Source of the DNA: Scenedesmus sp. PABB004
Taxonomy: Eukaryota
Direction of reading: 5' to 3'
Assembly: GCA_014905635.1 (NCBI GenBank)
Contig: JABVCE010000017.1
Span: 744,001-795,618, forward strand
Length of the DNA stretch: 51,618 bases
In this document: piece by piece, positions 23,047 through 38,682 of the stretch
Layout: each line of letters opens with the position of its first letter
Position numbering within the stretch: the stretch's first letter is position 1
Program-made: the position numbers and the translations under genes
The notes under the pieces: model-generated
Databases searched by the model: none
The model's input: the letters and a program-made list of their open reading frames with translations, nothing else
What the model was told of the DNA's origin: nothing

Positions 23047-25224
23047 TCACTCTCGCTTCAAGTTGCTGCCCGCCGCCGGCGCCCCCGCGTCGGCCTGCGC
23101 GGCAAAGCCGCCGGGCCCAAACAGCTGCCGCGCGGTCCAGCCGCGCCCCGCCTCCACGTCTGCCCGCCGACCGCGCAGGTCTGCCTGGTACGCGCGCTTG
23201 TCTTCCAGCACGCCGGCGCTGGGCAGCAGCGGCGCAGGCCCGCGCAGCGAGCGCTTGCCGCCGCCGCTGCCGCTGCTGCCGCCGCCGCCGCTGCTGCTGC
23301 CGCTGCCGCTGCCGCTGCCGCTGCCGCTGCCGCTGCCGCTGCTGCTGCCGCCGCCGACGCCGCGCCGCAGGCTGCCGAGCCAGGTGCGCGCGATCGCCTC
23401 GGCCTCCGCCGCCGCCACGGCCGCGCTGTGGCGCAGCATGTACTGCCGCACGTTGGCGGCGTACAGCCGCGGGTCGGCCGCCTCCGCCGCGCTCGGCGTG
23501 TAGAGCGGCAGCTGCGGCGGCGCGGCGCGCGGCGCGTGGGCCGCCGGCGCGGCGCGGCGCAGGCGGCGCTTTACACGCCGGCGCGTGGGCCGCCGGCGCG
23601 GCTGCGCAGCCGGCCCACGCGCAGCCGGCCCCGGCGCGTCGCCGCGCTGCGGCGGCGCCGTGGGGCCCCGTGCCGCACCTCGTAGCACGTGACGGTGTGG
23701 GCTGGCTGGCACATCATGAGCAGCAGGTGCCGCGTCGCGTCGATGCTCTCCCAGCAGGGGCTCACGCCGCCGCGCCCCGCGAGCGGGCCCGCCGCGAGCA
23801 GCAGGCACGCGCCGCCGCCGACGAGCCCCGCGCACAGCGCGCCGCCACCGCCGGCGAGCGCGGCGGCGCCCGCCGCCGCGCCGCCGGCGGCCAGCACGGC
23901 GGCGGCGGCGGCCGCGCGCGTGGCGAGGCTGCTGCAGTCGTCGCCCGCGGCGCTGCCGCTGGCGGTGGTGTAGCGAATGAGCGTGGGCAGCACGGGCACG
24001 CCCGCGAGGAAGGCGCCGGTCTTGAAGGGCAGCAGGTAGCGGCCGTTGGTGGTGGTGCCCTCGGGGAACAACAGCATCGGCCGCAGCTCCGCCTCGGGGT
24101 GCCGCGCCGTGGACAGCATGCGCCGCTTCACCGCGCCAGACACGCCCTGCGCGCGCGCGCGCGCGGGCAGTCGTGCGGTCACGCGGCGCGCGCCGGGCGG
24201 CGCGGCGCAGCGCCGGGCGGTGCGCCGTAGCACGGAGACGCGCGGCGGCGCGCGCTCACCCCCGGCTCGCTGACCGCGCCCGCGCCCCCGCCCGCGCCGG
24301 CTGCCGCGTCGGCGTCTGCCGGCGTGGCCGGCCGGCTGGCGTCGCCGTTGGCCCCGGCGGCGCCTTCTTCTCGCGGTCAACGTAGATGCACTGCATGCGC
24401 TGGCTGCGCGCCGCCGCCGGCGGCGGCGGCAAGCAGGGCGCGGCAGCGCGGTGTAAGCGGGCGGCCGAGCGCCCGCAGCGGCGCCTCGCCGCTCGCCGCC
24501 CGCTCTGCGCCGCGCGCCGCGGCGGCGCGCGCCTGATCGCGCCGACCATGGGCAGTTTCTGCGTGCCGTCGCGCGCGACAAAGGCTGGGAAGTAACGGGC
24601 CATCTGGATGAGGATGTCCGCCCACGACATGTGGTTGCTCACGACGGCGACTGCGCCGCCGCCGTGGCGGGCGCGGCGTGGCCGGCAGGCCAGGCACCCA
24701 GCAGCGCCGGGCGAGGCCGCGACGCCAGGGCATGCGTGGCACGGCTGGGCGGCGCGGCCGCGCCGCGCCGCGCGCAACCGCCGCAGCAGCAGCGCGCTGC
24801 CGCTCGCGCCGCCGCTGCGGCCCCGGCCGGCCGCCGCAGCGCCTGCCCGCCCTCCACTCGGCGGCCCGGCAGCCTCCCCGTCTCCACACGCACCTGAGCG
24901 GCGCTTGGGCGGCGCCGCTGCGTCGCTGGCGCCCACGCGGACCCATCTGATGTGCACAAAGCCGAGGCAGAAGAGGCAGGCGCGGCTCCAGACCTTGCCC
25001 CAGAACGTGGCCACCCGCCGCGCGAGTAACTCGTCGGGGATGAGGCCGCTCGCGCGCACGATGACGTAGTACGCGGCCACGCAGCTCAGTGCGAGCAACA
25101 GGCGCGCCGGGAGCAGCGTGGCGGCCAGCAGGACGAGCCGGGCCTTCTCCCACAGCGGCTGGGGCGCCCAGCCGCCCTCGCCGTAGCGGTCGGCGCGCAC
25201 AAAGGGCAGCCAGGACTGCTCCAT
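23047..25224 (-). CDS. Lysophospholipid acyltransferase (LPEAT/LPCAT-like, PlsC family); N-terminus may extend to ATG 25424 across a 1-nt frameshift
   Basis: [20 protein letters not shown] (NHxxxxD), [64 protein letters not shown]. Confidence 0.93.
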
Positions 25225-25393
25225 GCCGCCGCTGCTGCGCCGCCCGCTGCTGCCTCAGGCCATGAGGCTGCTGAGGAGGCAGCGCCTGATGATGGCAGGC
25301 GTGGAGGTGGAGCAGGGGAGGCGGCTGTGTCTGGGGCCGCCGCCGCCGGGCCGCGCACGACCCCGCCGCCGCTCCGCTTGAACCGCGCGCCCT

Positions 25394-25434
25394 GCACCGC
25401 GCCATGCCGCCGCAGCGGCGGCATGGCGCGGTGC
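25394..25434. repeat. Perfect 20-bp inverted repeat with 1-nt spacer
   Basis: gcaccgcgccatgccgccgc-a-gcggcggcatggcgcggtgc. Confidence 0.95.
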
Positions 25435-25638
25435 CTGCCGCCGCACCCGCACACCGCCTTCGGTCCCGCCCCGGCGCGGCCCCCGGCCTCCCGCCCTGCC
25501 AGCCCTGCCATCGGTCGCGGCGGCCCGCGCGCCGGCAGCAGCGCAGCCGCGACAGCAGCGCCCGCCGCCGCGGCCCCGCCCGGCCCTGCCAGCCATCACC
25601 GGCCCTTGCCAGCGCCCCCAGCTTGAGTCCTAGGCAGC

Positions 25639-28345
25639 ATGCGACCCGAAACGGCGGCCCTGGCGGCCTGGCTGGGCCGCTGCGCACGCGCGAGCAGCGT
25701 CGAGGCGCTCGCGGCGGAGGGTGCCGCCGGAGCGCCGCTTCTTGGCTATTTCGACGGCCTCCTTGAGGACGCCAAGTCCAGTGGCGCGCCCTGCGCGGAT
25801 CTCTGCGTGCTGCTTGCCGCCGGCGTGCAGAAGCGGCTGACGCAGGCCGTTCGCCGTGCGCTGGAGCAGCTGGCGGCGCGCCCGGCGGCGTCGGGCAGCC
25901 TGGGCTTCGCCAGCATGCTGTGTGCCCTGTGCGAGGTGATGTACCAGTCATTCATGGGTCGCGAGGCTCTGGGCGTGCCCATTGCGGAGCTGGCGGCCGA
26001 GGTGGTGAACGCGGGTGAGCGGCGGCTGACAACTGCAGTCTGCGCGCTTCGCCCACCCCTCACTGACCGCGTGATGGCCACCCCGCACCCGCAGGCATGC
26101 TGCCGCCGCTAGCTGCGGCCTGCACCGCCCTCGCTGCAGAGCTGGAGGCCCAGCAGCAGCAGCAGCGGCAGGGGAGCAGCGTGGAGGTCGAGGCATCGTG
26201 CATGGCAGCTGTTGCGCTGCTGACGGCGGCAGTCGTCGTGCGCAGCGCCTGGCCGCCTGACGGCCAGCTGGAAGGCCCACTGCTGCCGCTCGCGCAGCCA
26301 GCCGCGCGACTAGCGCTCGCCATGCTGCGCCGCGCCGGCGCCTGGCGCGGGGACGGCGACAACTCGGCGCTCGCCGTGGCGCATGTTCTTGCGGCGGCGC
26401 GCAGAACGTCCTGGTGGACAGCCCAGAGCGTTGCGCTGGCCGCCCAGAAGCACGGCCACGTGATTGAGGAGGAACAGCATGCGCTGCTGGCAGACCCCGC
26501 GGTGCAGCAGCTGCTGCTGGCAGAGCTCGCGCTGTGTGCGGCGCACCGGCACGAGGTGCAGCGCGGCCGGCCGGCCGGCGCCGACGGCTGCGTCGGCTCC
26601 AGCGACGGCGACGCGCCTGCCATGCCGGCGCGGCACGCGGCGCTGCTGCGCGCGCTGGAGCTGGACGCCTCTCCGGTGCCCCAGAGCGAGCACAGCGAGA
26701 GGCTGGTGGTGGAAATAATCTCTGCAGTCGGTTCGCTGTTTAATGTCTCGCCGCCTACCAGCTGCGGCGGCAGCCTGCCGCAGCCACGCGGTGCAGGGCT
26801 GGCTGCCGCGGCGGCGGAGGTGGCGCTGGAGCTGGTGGCGCTGCAGCCGACGCGCCGCGTGCTGGCTGTTGGCACGTTGTGCGCTGCCACCATCATGCTA
26901 CGCCTCCAGCCAGCCTCTGAGGGCGGGGCGCCGGACGAACCGGCGGCGTCGGCGGCGGCGGCGGCGGTGGTGCGCGCGTTCCTGCCGCTCGCCCGGCCCA
27001 TCGCCACCGCGCTGCTGGAGCCAGAGGCGGGCAGCTCGCCCCACGCGGCGGCGGCAGCTGCGAGCAGAGAGGGCGTGGACGAGCTTGACGCTGACCGGGC
27101 GCGGCGCAATGCTCAGAGCGGTCTGGGGGCCTGTGGCGTGCTCCTGCTGTTGAGCTCCGGAGCAGAGGGTGCGCGGGGCGCTGGCAGCAGCTGGCCTTGT
27201 GGCCGAGGAAGCGCGCTCACCGCCTGCCTGCCCACGCGCTCGCTCACACTGCCGCCGTCGCCGACACTGCTGCCGCCGCGCAGCGGACACGGTGCTGGCG
27301 GCGTTTGCGCGGCAGGACCCCTCCACGCTGTGCTGGCTGCTCGAGGCGTCAGCCAGGAGCTGGGCCGGCAGTGAGAGCCCACAAGTCGCCCTGGGCGCAG
27401 CCAACACATGCGACGCCATCAGGCGGCTCGGGCCCAGCCTGGCAGCCGCGCCGGCGCTGACGACTGGCGGCGGCGCGGGCCTTCGGCTGCAGCGCGAGGT
27501 GTTTGCCTGCCTGCTCACGGCGCTCAAGAGCGTGGCGGTCGGCGCGCCGCTCGCAGCGGCCGAGGGCGATTTGCTGCAGCGGTGGGAGCTGGCGAGCGGG
27601 TGCCTGGCGGTGGTGCGCGCCGGCTGTGCCATTGGCGACGTGGTTGCGCGGTCGCAGCCGGCAGCCGTGACGGCCGCCGGCGGCCAGCTCGCGTACGAGC
27701 CGCCCGCGCTGTGGTGCTGGCGGCGCGCGGCGTGGCTGTGCTGGCGCAGCTGCTGAGTCAGGAGCTGGCGCCACCACAGCCGGCGGCCGACGACGCGGCT
27801 GCAACCAACGCTGGCGCGCCTGGCGAGCCGGTGCTGCTGGGGGCTGTGGTCGCCGCGCTGGCGGCCCAGAATGACACGACTATGCTGCTGGGCGCACGCC
27901 TGCGCGCGCTGGGGTCGCTGCCGGCGGACGCCTCGCGCGCGGGCCTGGAGCGCCTGCTGGCGCAGCAGCTGCAGCTTCACGCAGCGTCGGCGGAGCTGGC
28001 CGCGGAGCTGGACGGTGCCCTGGCCGACGGCGCGGCCGCCCCCGCCACGGCGCAGGAGCGCGGCCGCCCGCTGGCCGCGCAGGCGGAGGAGCTGTGCAGC
28101 GCGGTGGCGCTGTGCTGCCGCTGCGTGCGTGCTGCAACAACCCGCGCTGCGCGGCGCTGGCCGGCGCGCACAGCGAGCTGGCGGCGGTGAGCGGCCGGGC
28201 GAGTCTCTGCGGGGGCTGCGGCAAGTCGGCCGCGCCCGCACGCTTTTGCAGCCGCGCCTGCCAGGCGGCTGCGTGGCGCGCGCACAAGCCGGTCTGCCGC
28301 GCGCTGGCCGCGGCGGCGGCGGGGCGCGCGCCCGGCGCCGAGTGA
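25639..28345 (+). CDS. Ala/Leu-rich helical protein with C-terminal MYND-type zinc finger
   Basis: [14 protein letters not shown]....[30 protein letters not shown] near 28130-28300; GT-AG intron near 26015-26093; apparent 1-nt frameshifts near 27680 and 28110. Confidence 0.85.
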
Positions 28346-28427
28346 GACGGAGTGGTCGGGCCGTTGGGGCGGCCAGGGCCCTGGCGCAGCTGCGTGCGTT
28401 GACTGCTCTCTGGTTGTGGCGGCCGGC

Positions 28428-28432
28428 TGTAA
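28428..28432 (+). promoter_or_regulatory. Putative chlorophyte polyadenylation signal TGTAA for the MYND gene
   Basis: TGTAA about 80 nt after the stop codon. UGUAA is the established chlorophyte near-upstream element. Confidence 0.6.
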
Positions 28433-28734
28433 TCGTGTGAGTTGAGCGGGCCGCGGCCGGCCGTCGCACGCGCGAACCCGCCCGCCGCGCCGCCCGGGGG
28501 CCTGCGCGCAGCGCGCGCTGCGCCGCCGCCGCCGCACCGGCCGCAAGAGCACGCGCGACGGCCCAGCTGGGAGAGGGTGCTGTGGTGGCCACCGACGGCG
28601 GCTGCGCACACGACCCCGCCGTGACGCCGTGGTCACCGCTTGAAGCAGCGCGCCGTTACTCGGGGGCGCGCCGAGCGGTGTGATCGCTGCGCAATTCACT
28701 CACTTCTTCCAGCGGCGCGAGTCCAGCCGGCTCC

Positions 28735-31640
28735 TCAGCGCCGCTTGCCCTGCTTCTTGCGGCTGCGCCGGCCGCCGTCGCCGCCGCCGGCGCCGGCGCG
28801 GCGGGCCATCTCCTCGGCCAGGTGGTTGACGTGCGTGTTGCACGCGCCCGCCGACCGGCACAGCCGGCCCTGCGGGGGGCGGGCGGGCGGGGCGTGGGCG
28901 GGCGGCGCGTGCGCGGCGCGTGGGCGGCAGGCAGCGCGCCGCGGGCACGCGCGCCCAGCCGCGCGGCGCCCGCGCGGCCCGCCGACCCCGACCGGTGCGC
29001 GCGCGTGCGCTGCGCCGCGCACCGCGCAGCGGAAGATGTCGGTGACGTCGACGATCGGCGACTCGCGCGACGCCGCGAGCAGCACGCGCGGCCGGCCCGG
29101 CAGCAGCCCGCGCCAGCCGGGCGACCAGTGCGCCCACACCTCGCCCTCGGCGTCGTCCGACGTCGCGTGCCACGCCGAGCACTCGGCGCACCAGCGCACG
29201 CCCCACGGCGCCCTGCGGGCGGGCGCCGGCCGCAGCGCTCGGCCGCGCCGCCGCCTCTGCCTCTACCTCCGCACCGCCGCCCGCGCGGCCGCGTCACGCG
29301 CCCGCCGCGCGCGCACCGCGGCAGCACGTAGACGGTGTGCCGGCCCCCGCAGCCGGGGCAGGGCATGTCGCCCATGTAGCTGGGGCAGGCGTCCACGTCG
29401 TACAGCCCGTCCTCGTACGCAGGCGGCGGCGCGCCTGCGCGGCAGCGGCGTGCGGCGCGTGACGGGCGCGCGGCGCGCGGCGCGATCCGCGCTGCGGGGC
29501 GCGGCGGGGCGCGCCGGCCCTCTCCCCCGCGTGTGTGCGCGCGCGCACCGCCGCTGCTGCTGCCGCCGCCGGGTCCGCGCCGGGGTCCGGGCTTGTGGCC
29601 GTCGAGCAGGCGGTCGTACGCGGCGCGCAGCTCGGCGCTGGACAGCGTCTCAAACGCCTGCGCGGGTGAGTGCGTGTGCGCGCGTGTGTGAGTGTGCGGG
29701 AGGAGGAGGAGGAGGGGGCAGAGGGCAGAGGGCGGCGCGTCGCCGCGGCAGTGCAGCATGCGGCGGCGGCGCGCCTTGTTGACGCGGCTGGCGGCGAGGT
29801 GGGCGCCGGGGGAGTCGTGGCCCAGCTTGTCCGGGTGCACCGCGAGCGCGCGCGCCTTGCGCGCCGCGCGCAGCGTCTCGGCCGTGCACGCGGCGCGCTC
29901 GGCGAAGCCCATGACCTGCGCCGCGGACGCGGCGGTGGAGGGGGGCGCGCTGGGCGGCGCGCCGCCGGGGGCGCCGCGCGAGCGCCGCCGCGCGCCGAGC
30001 GCGCCCGCCCCCGCGCGAGCAGCCCCCTGCCCGCAGCCCCCCCCCCCCCCCCGGCGAGCAGCCCCCCTCCTGCCCAGCCCCCCGCCGCCCCCCCCCCCCC
30101 CCCGGGACGCACCGCGTAGTAGTCACGCGCCGCCAGCACCGCGCGCACCTCGGCCACCTCGCACCCCGGCGGCGCCGCGACGGCCCCAAAGCCCATCACA
30201 AACTTGCTGCCCCCGGCGCCCTCGTGCGCGTCGGCGCCGTGCTCGTCCCAGTCGCCGCGCGCGCCGCGCGCGCCGGCGCCGCCGGGCGGCGCGTCGGGCA
30301 GCGGCGGCGCGGTTGCGCGCGCGGCGACGAGCGCGCCATACATCACAAGCAGCAGCAGCGCGCGGCCCGACGCCGCCGCCGACAGTACGGACGCCGCGGC
30401 GGCGAGCGGGCCGCCCGGGCCGCCCCGGCCGGCCGCCGCGGCGAGCAGGACGCGCGCGGCCCACACCGCGAGCAGCGCGCCGCTGGTCGACCAGGTCAGC
30501 GTCACGCGCCGGCGCTGCCCCGGCACGAGGCGGAGGCTCAGCGCCCACGCCGCCGCCCACGCCGCGAGCGTGAGCCAGCCGCCGCCGCCCATGAGCATCT
30601 GCGGCCGCGGGGCGATCGGTGCGGGGCGAGCGGCGTGGCGCGCGGTGACGCGGTGACGCGGCGTGGCCGGCGGGCGGGCGGGCCGCGGGCGCCACGCCGC
30701 CGTGCGCGCGCCGCCGTGCCGCCGCTGCGCGCGCCGCCGCACCAGCATGCTCCACATTGCCAGCATGCCGCCCAGGCCGGCCAGGCCGAGCAGGAGGATG
30801 GACAGCACGGCGAGCGGCGCGTGCACCAGCAGCTTGGGCCGCCACACCAGCGCGCTGAGCGTGCCGCGCGCCAGCGCCCAGCACCAGCCGACCGCGCTGT
30901 GCGCGCCGAGGGGCGCCGCGACCGCGAGCCAGCACGCGAGCCCCACCGCGTACGCGGTCACGGCTGCCAGCGCGAGCCGCGACGCGGCGCCGGTGAGCGT
31001 CTCCCGCATCGCCCACGCCGCGGTGGCCAGCAGCCAGGCCTGGCTCTCCACCATGCTGTCGCCGCCGCGGCGCCGCACCCACGCGGCGACGTACAGCGGC
31101 TGCGCCCAGGCCTGAGGGGGGGGGGTAAGTGGGTGGGGGGTGGGGGCGTGTGGCGCCGCCGGCGGCCGTCCGCGGAGGCAGCGTGCGCGGCGCGGCGGCG
31201 CGCACCTTGTGCCAGGCGATGGTGACGAGCCAGATGGACCCCAGCAGGCACACGGCCAGCAGGCTGCCGCCGTAGCGGCCCCACGCCGACCGCCCCGGCT
31301 CTGCGCGCGCGGCGCCAGCGGCGGCGGCATCAGCATCGGCGGCGGCGTCAGCGTCGGCGGCGGCGCGCGCGCGCGCACGGGCGGCGCTCGGCGCCAAGGG
31401 CCGGGCGGGCCTGCGCCGTGGCGGCGCGGCGCGCGCGCACCCCTGCTCCACGTGTTGAGCGCGTCGGCCCTGGCCGCCAGCCAGGCGTACAGCGCCTCGT
31501 AGCCGCGGCACCACGACGCAACGGGGTTGAACCCCGCCGCCCCGCGCGGCGCCTCCGGCGAGGAGGGCTGCGGTGGCGCCTGCTGCTGCTGCTGCTGCTG
31601 CTGCTTCTGCTGCCTCTGCTGCTGCGGCGGCGGCGGCTTT

Positions 31641-31691
<51 letters not shown>

Positions 31692-33143
31692 GCGCCGCTG
31701 CGCCCCTGCCGCTTGGCCGTCGCCTTGCGCCGCCCGCCCGCGCGCGCGGCCTCGGGACCCTGGCCAGCGGGCGCTTGCTGCTGCTGCGGCTGCTGCGGCG
31801 GCTGCGGCGGCGGCTGCTGCGGCGGCGGCGGCGCCTGGCTGCCGGTGCTGCTGCTGCACCCGCGGGCGGCGCCGTTGGGCCGCCCGTTCTGCTGCTGCGG
31901 CTGCTGCTTGGGCGCGGCGCGCAGCGCCTTCAGCGCCGCCCTCAGCGCCGCCGTGTCCGTGGCCGCGTCCAGCTCGCGCGCCTTCGCCAGCGCCTTGGCC
32001 GCCAGCGCCTCGTCGCCCTGCGCAGCGGCGCCCAGGCCGCGCCTGTTGCGGCGGCGGGGCGGGCGCGCGGCGGCGGTCAGTCACGCCGCAAAGCCGCGCG
32101 CAGGCGCGCCACCGCGCCCCCCCCCCCCCCCACACGCGCTCACCGCAGCCACTCCTCCGCCGCCTCCCGGTTGTGGCGCCGCTCCTGCTCGCGCCGCTGC
32201 GCCTCCTCGTGCGCCAGCTGCGCCGCGCGGCGCGCCGCCGCCTCGGCCTCGGCCCGCGCCACCGCCTCGGCCTCGGCCTGCGCCGCCGCGGCGGCGGCCG
32301 CTGCCGTCGCGGCGGCCTGGCGCTGCCGCTCCGCCTTGGTGGGCTGGGGGTAGAACGACGGGTCCACGCCGCCAGCCGGCCGCTGCGCAGCCGCGGGCCC
32401 TCGCGCCGCCGCGCCGCCCGGCGCCGACGCGCCGCCCGGCGCCGCCGCGACGCCGGCAGCGCGCGGGGGCGCGTCCGCCGCCGCTGCTGCGCCGGCAGCG
32501 CGCGCGGGCGCGTCGGCCGCCGCTGCTGCTCCGGCAGCGCGCGCGGGCGCGTCGGCCGCCGCTGCTGCGCCTGCGGCGCCCGCGGGCTCGGCGGACGCCG
32601 CGGCGCCGACGCCGCTCGCGCCGGCGCCGCCCGACGGCGGCTCCGGCGGCAGCACGCTGAACTTGGCGCGCAGCGTCTCGCGCTTGCGCACGTACTGCAC
32701 GCTGTCCGCGGTGTCGCTGATGTCCACGCCGGGGTCGAGCGCCAGCGCGAAGCGCCCCGGCACGCGCACGCTGATGCTGCGCCGCGCGCAGCGAACAGCG
32801 ATGTCGGCCGCGCTGCTCACGCCCGGCAGCTTGACGGTGAGCTCCACCTTCTCAGCGATGCCGTCGTCCACGACGCGCAGCTCGTGCTTGGGAACCTGCG
32901 GCCGTGCAGCGGCGCACGTGGCGGCGTGGGCGGCAGCAGCAGCAGCGCGGCAGCGGTGCGCCGCGGGGCGCCCCGCTGGGCCCTCTGCAGGGGCTGGCAG
33001 GGCGGAACGCGGCCGGGGAGCGCCCGGCGCCACTGCAGGGGCGCCAGGCGCGCGCTGGGCGGGCAAACACCGAGCAGCTGCTGCCGCCGCTGCTGCTGCC
33101 GCACCTGCTCGAGCACCGCCGCCCCCGCCCCCGCCTGCGACAT
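28735..33143 (-). CDS. DNAJC14/Jiv-like membrane J-domain protein with an N-terminal CS (p23/PIH1-CS-like) domain
   Basis: The exon junctions checked splice in frame: MSQAGAGAAVLEQ|VPKHELRVV..VELTVKLPGVSSAADIAV..ISVRVPGRFALAL..VQYVRKRETLRAKFSVLP; polyQ; several TM segments; DYYAVMGF..AVHPDK..VNKAFETLS..LRAAYD; CPGCGGRH..RWCAECSAWH..EGEVW..VDVTDIFRCAG..NTH (Jiv90-like). Confidence 0.8.
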
Positions 33144-33555
33144 GGCTGCGACCCCCGCGCGCCGTCTCGCGGCTCACGGGCCCACACGGCGCCGCCTGGC
33201 GGGCGCCCGGCGGGCGACTGGCGGGCGCGCCCCCTGCTGCGCGCGCTGGGGCGCCCAGCCGGCCTGCCGGCTCCTCGTTTAGGCGGCCACGTGTCCGGCG
33301 GCGCGCCCGGGCGCGATCGGGCCCGCGGCGCGGCGGCACAGCGCCCGGGTGCAGGCTGCGCCGCTTCGACTGCACAGCGCGGCGCGCCCGAGCGCGGGCG
33401 CAAGGCTCCTGTGCCGCCCAGACGCGCGTGCCCACGCCGGCCATCACGCCCGCCCGATTTCGGCACCCCCGCGGCCCTGCAGCGCGCGCGCACGACCGCC
33501 CGCCAAAAGCGCGCGAGCGCCGGCCTGGTGGCCCGGAGCAGGGCGGCGGCGCGCC

Positions 33556-37790
<4,235 letters not shown>

Positions 37791-38682
37791 GCTCGGGCCG
37801 CTGAAGCCGCCCGGCGCCGCGGTGCCGGCGCGCGGGCGCGGGCGCCGCCCGCGCCGGCGGGCGGGCGGCCGGGGGCGCGGCGGCGGGCGCGGCGGGGCGC
37901 ACGGCGCCAGCGCGCGGCGCTGGCGGGGCTCGCGGCGATCCAGGGGCGGCGGCGGCCTGCAGCCAGGCCCGGCCAGGTGGGCGGCCGTCGCCGCGCGGCA
38001 GGCGTGTGTACAGCGCGCTGTTGTGTACAGGCTGTGCGCACGGTCGGGGCAGCGCGCAGCGGACACCCGACCGCGACGGCGGCGCGACGGTGGCGGCGGC
38101 GCGAGACCGGCTTGTTACTGAAAAGTAACATGGTTTTGGCTCCGACGCGCACCTGGGGTGCCGCTGGCGCCGCCAGGCGGCTGCAGTGCTCAGGGGCGCC
38201 GCGGCCGCGCGGGTCGCAGCGGGCTGGCGGCGGTGGCGGCAGCCCTTGCAGCTCGCCGCGCAACGACCCGTCTCTTCGCGGCCAGCATCTCCAGCGGCAC
38301 CACGGCGAGGCGCCCCGCGAGCGCAGGCGCCGCGAGCAGGGCACCTTCCGTCGCGCTTGCTGCGCAGCGGCGGCGCGGCGGTGACGGCGCGCGCCCGGGC
38401 CGACGCCGCGGCGCTGCGCTTCGTATGAACATGGCAGCGCGACGTGCGCCAGCAGCGGCATGAACGCGGCACGTGGGGCGCGCCAGCGCGCGGGCGGAAG
38501 TTGAGCAAATGGTGTTCCTGAGCTTGCAGAACACCGCTCATGCGCGCGCGCCCTCCCGGCCAGACGCCCCGCGCGGACGGTGATACTGTATCCCCGCGAG
38601 CCCGCAGCCCGCCGGTGCCAGCCCACCCGCCGCGTGCTGCCCGCATGCTGCTGCCGGACGACACGTGCTGATCATCGGCGCC

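Noticed and set aside
18090..25224. Co-oriented transporter, phosphatase and acyltransferase as a metabolic gene cluster
   Set aside because: These are widespread housekeeping families with no specific shared pathway; three co-oriented genes is unremarkable.
31527..31930. Poly-Cys, metallothionein-like ORF on the + strand
   Set aside because: It is the antisense reading of the CAG polyQ tract of the J-domain gene.
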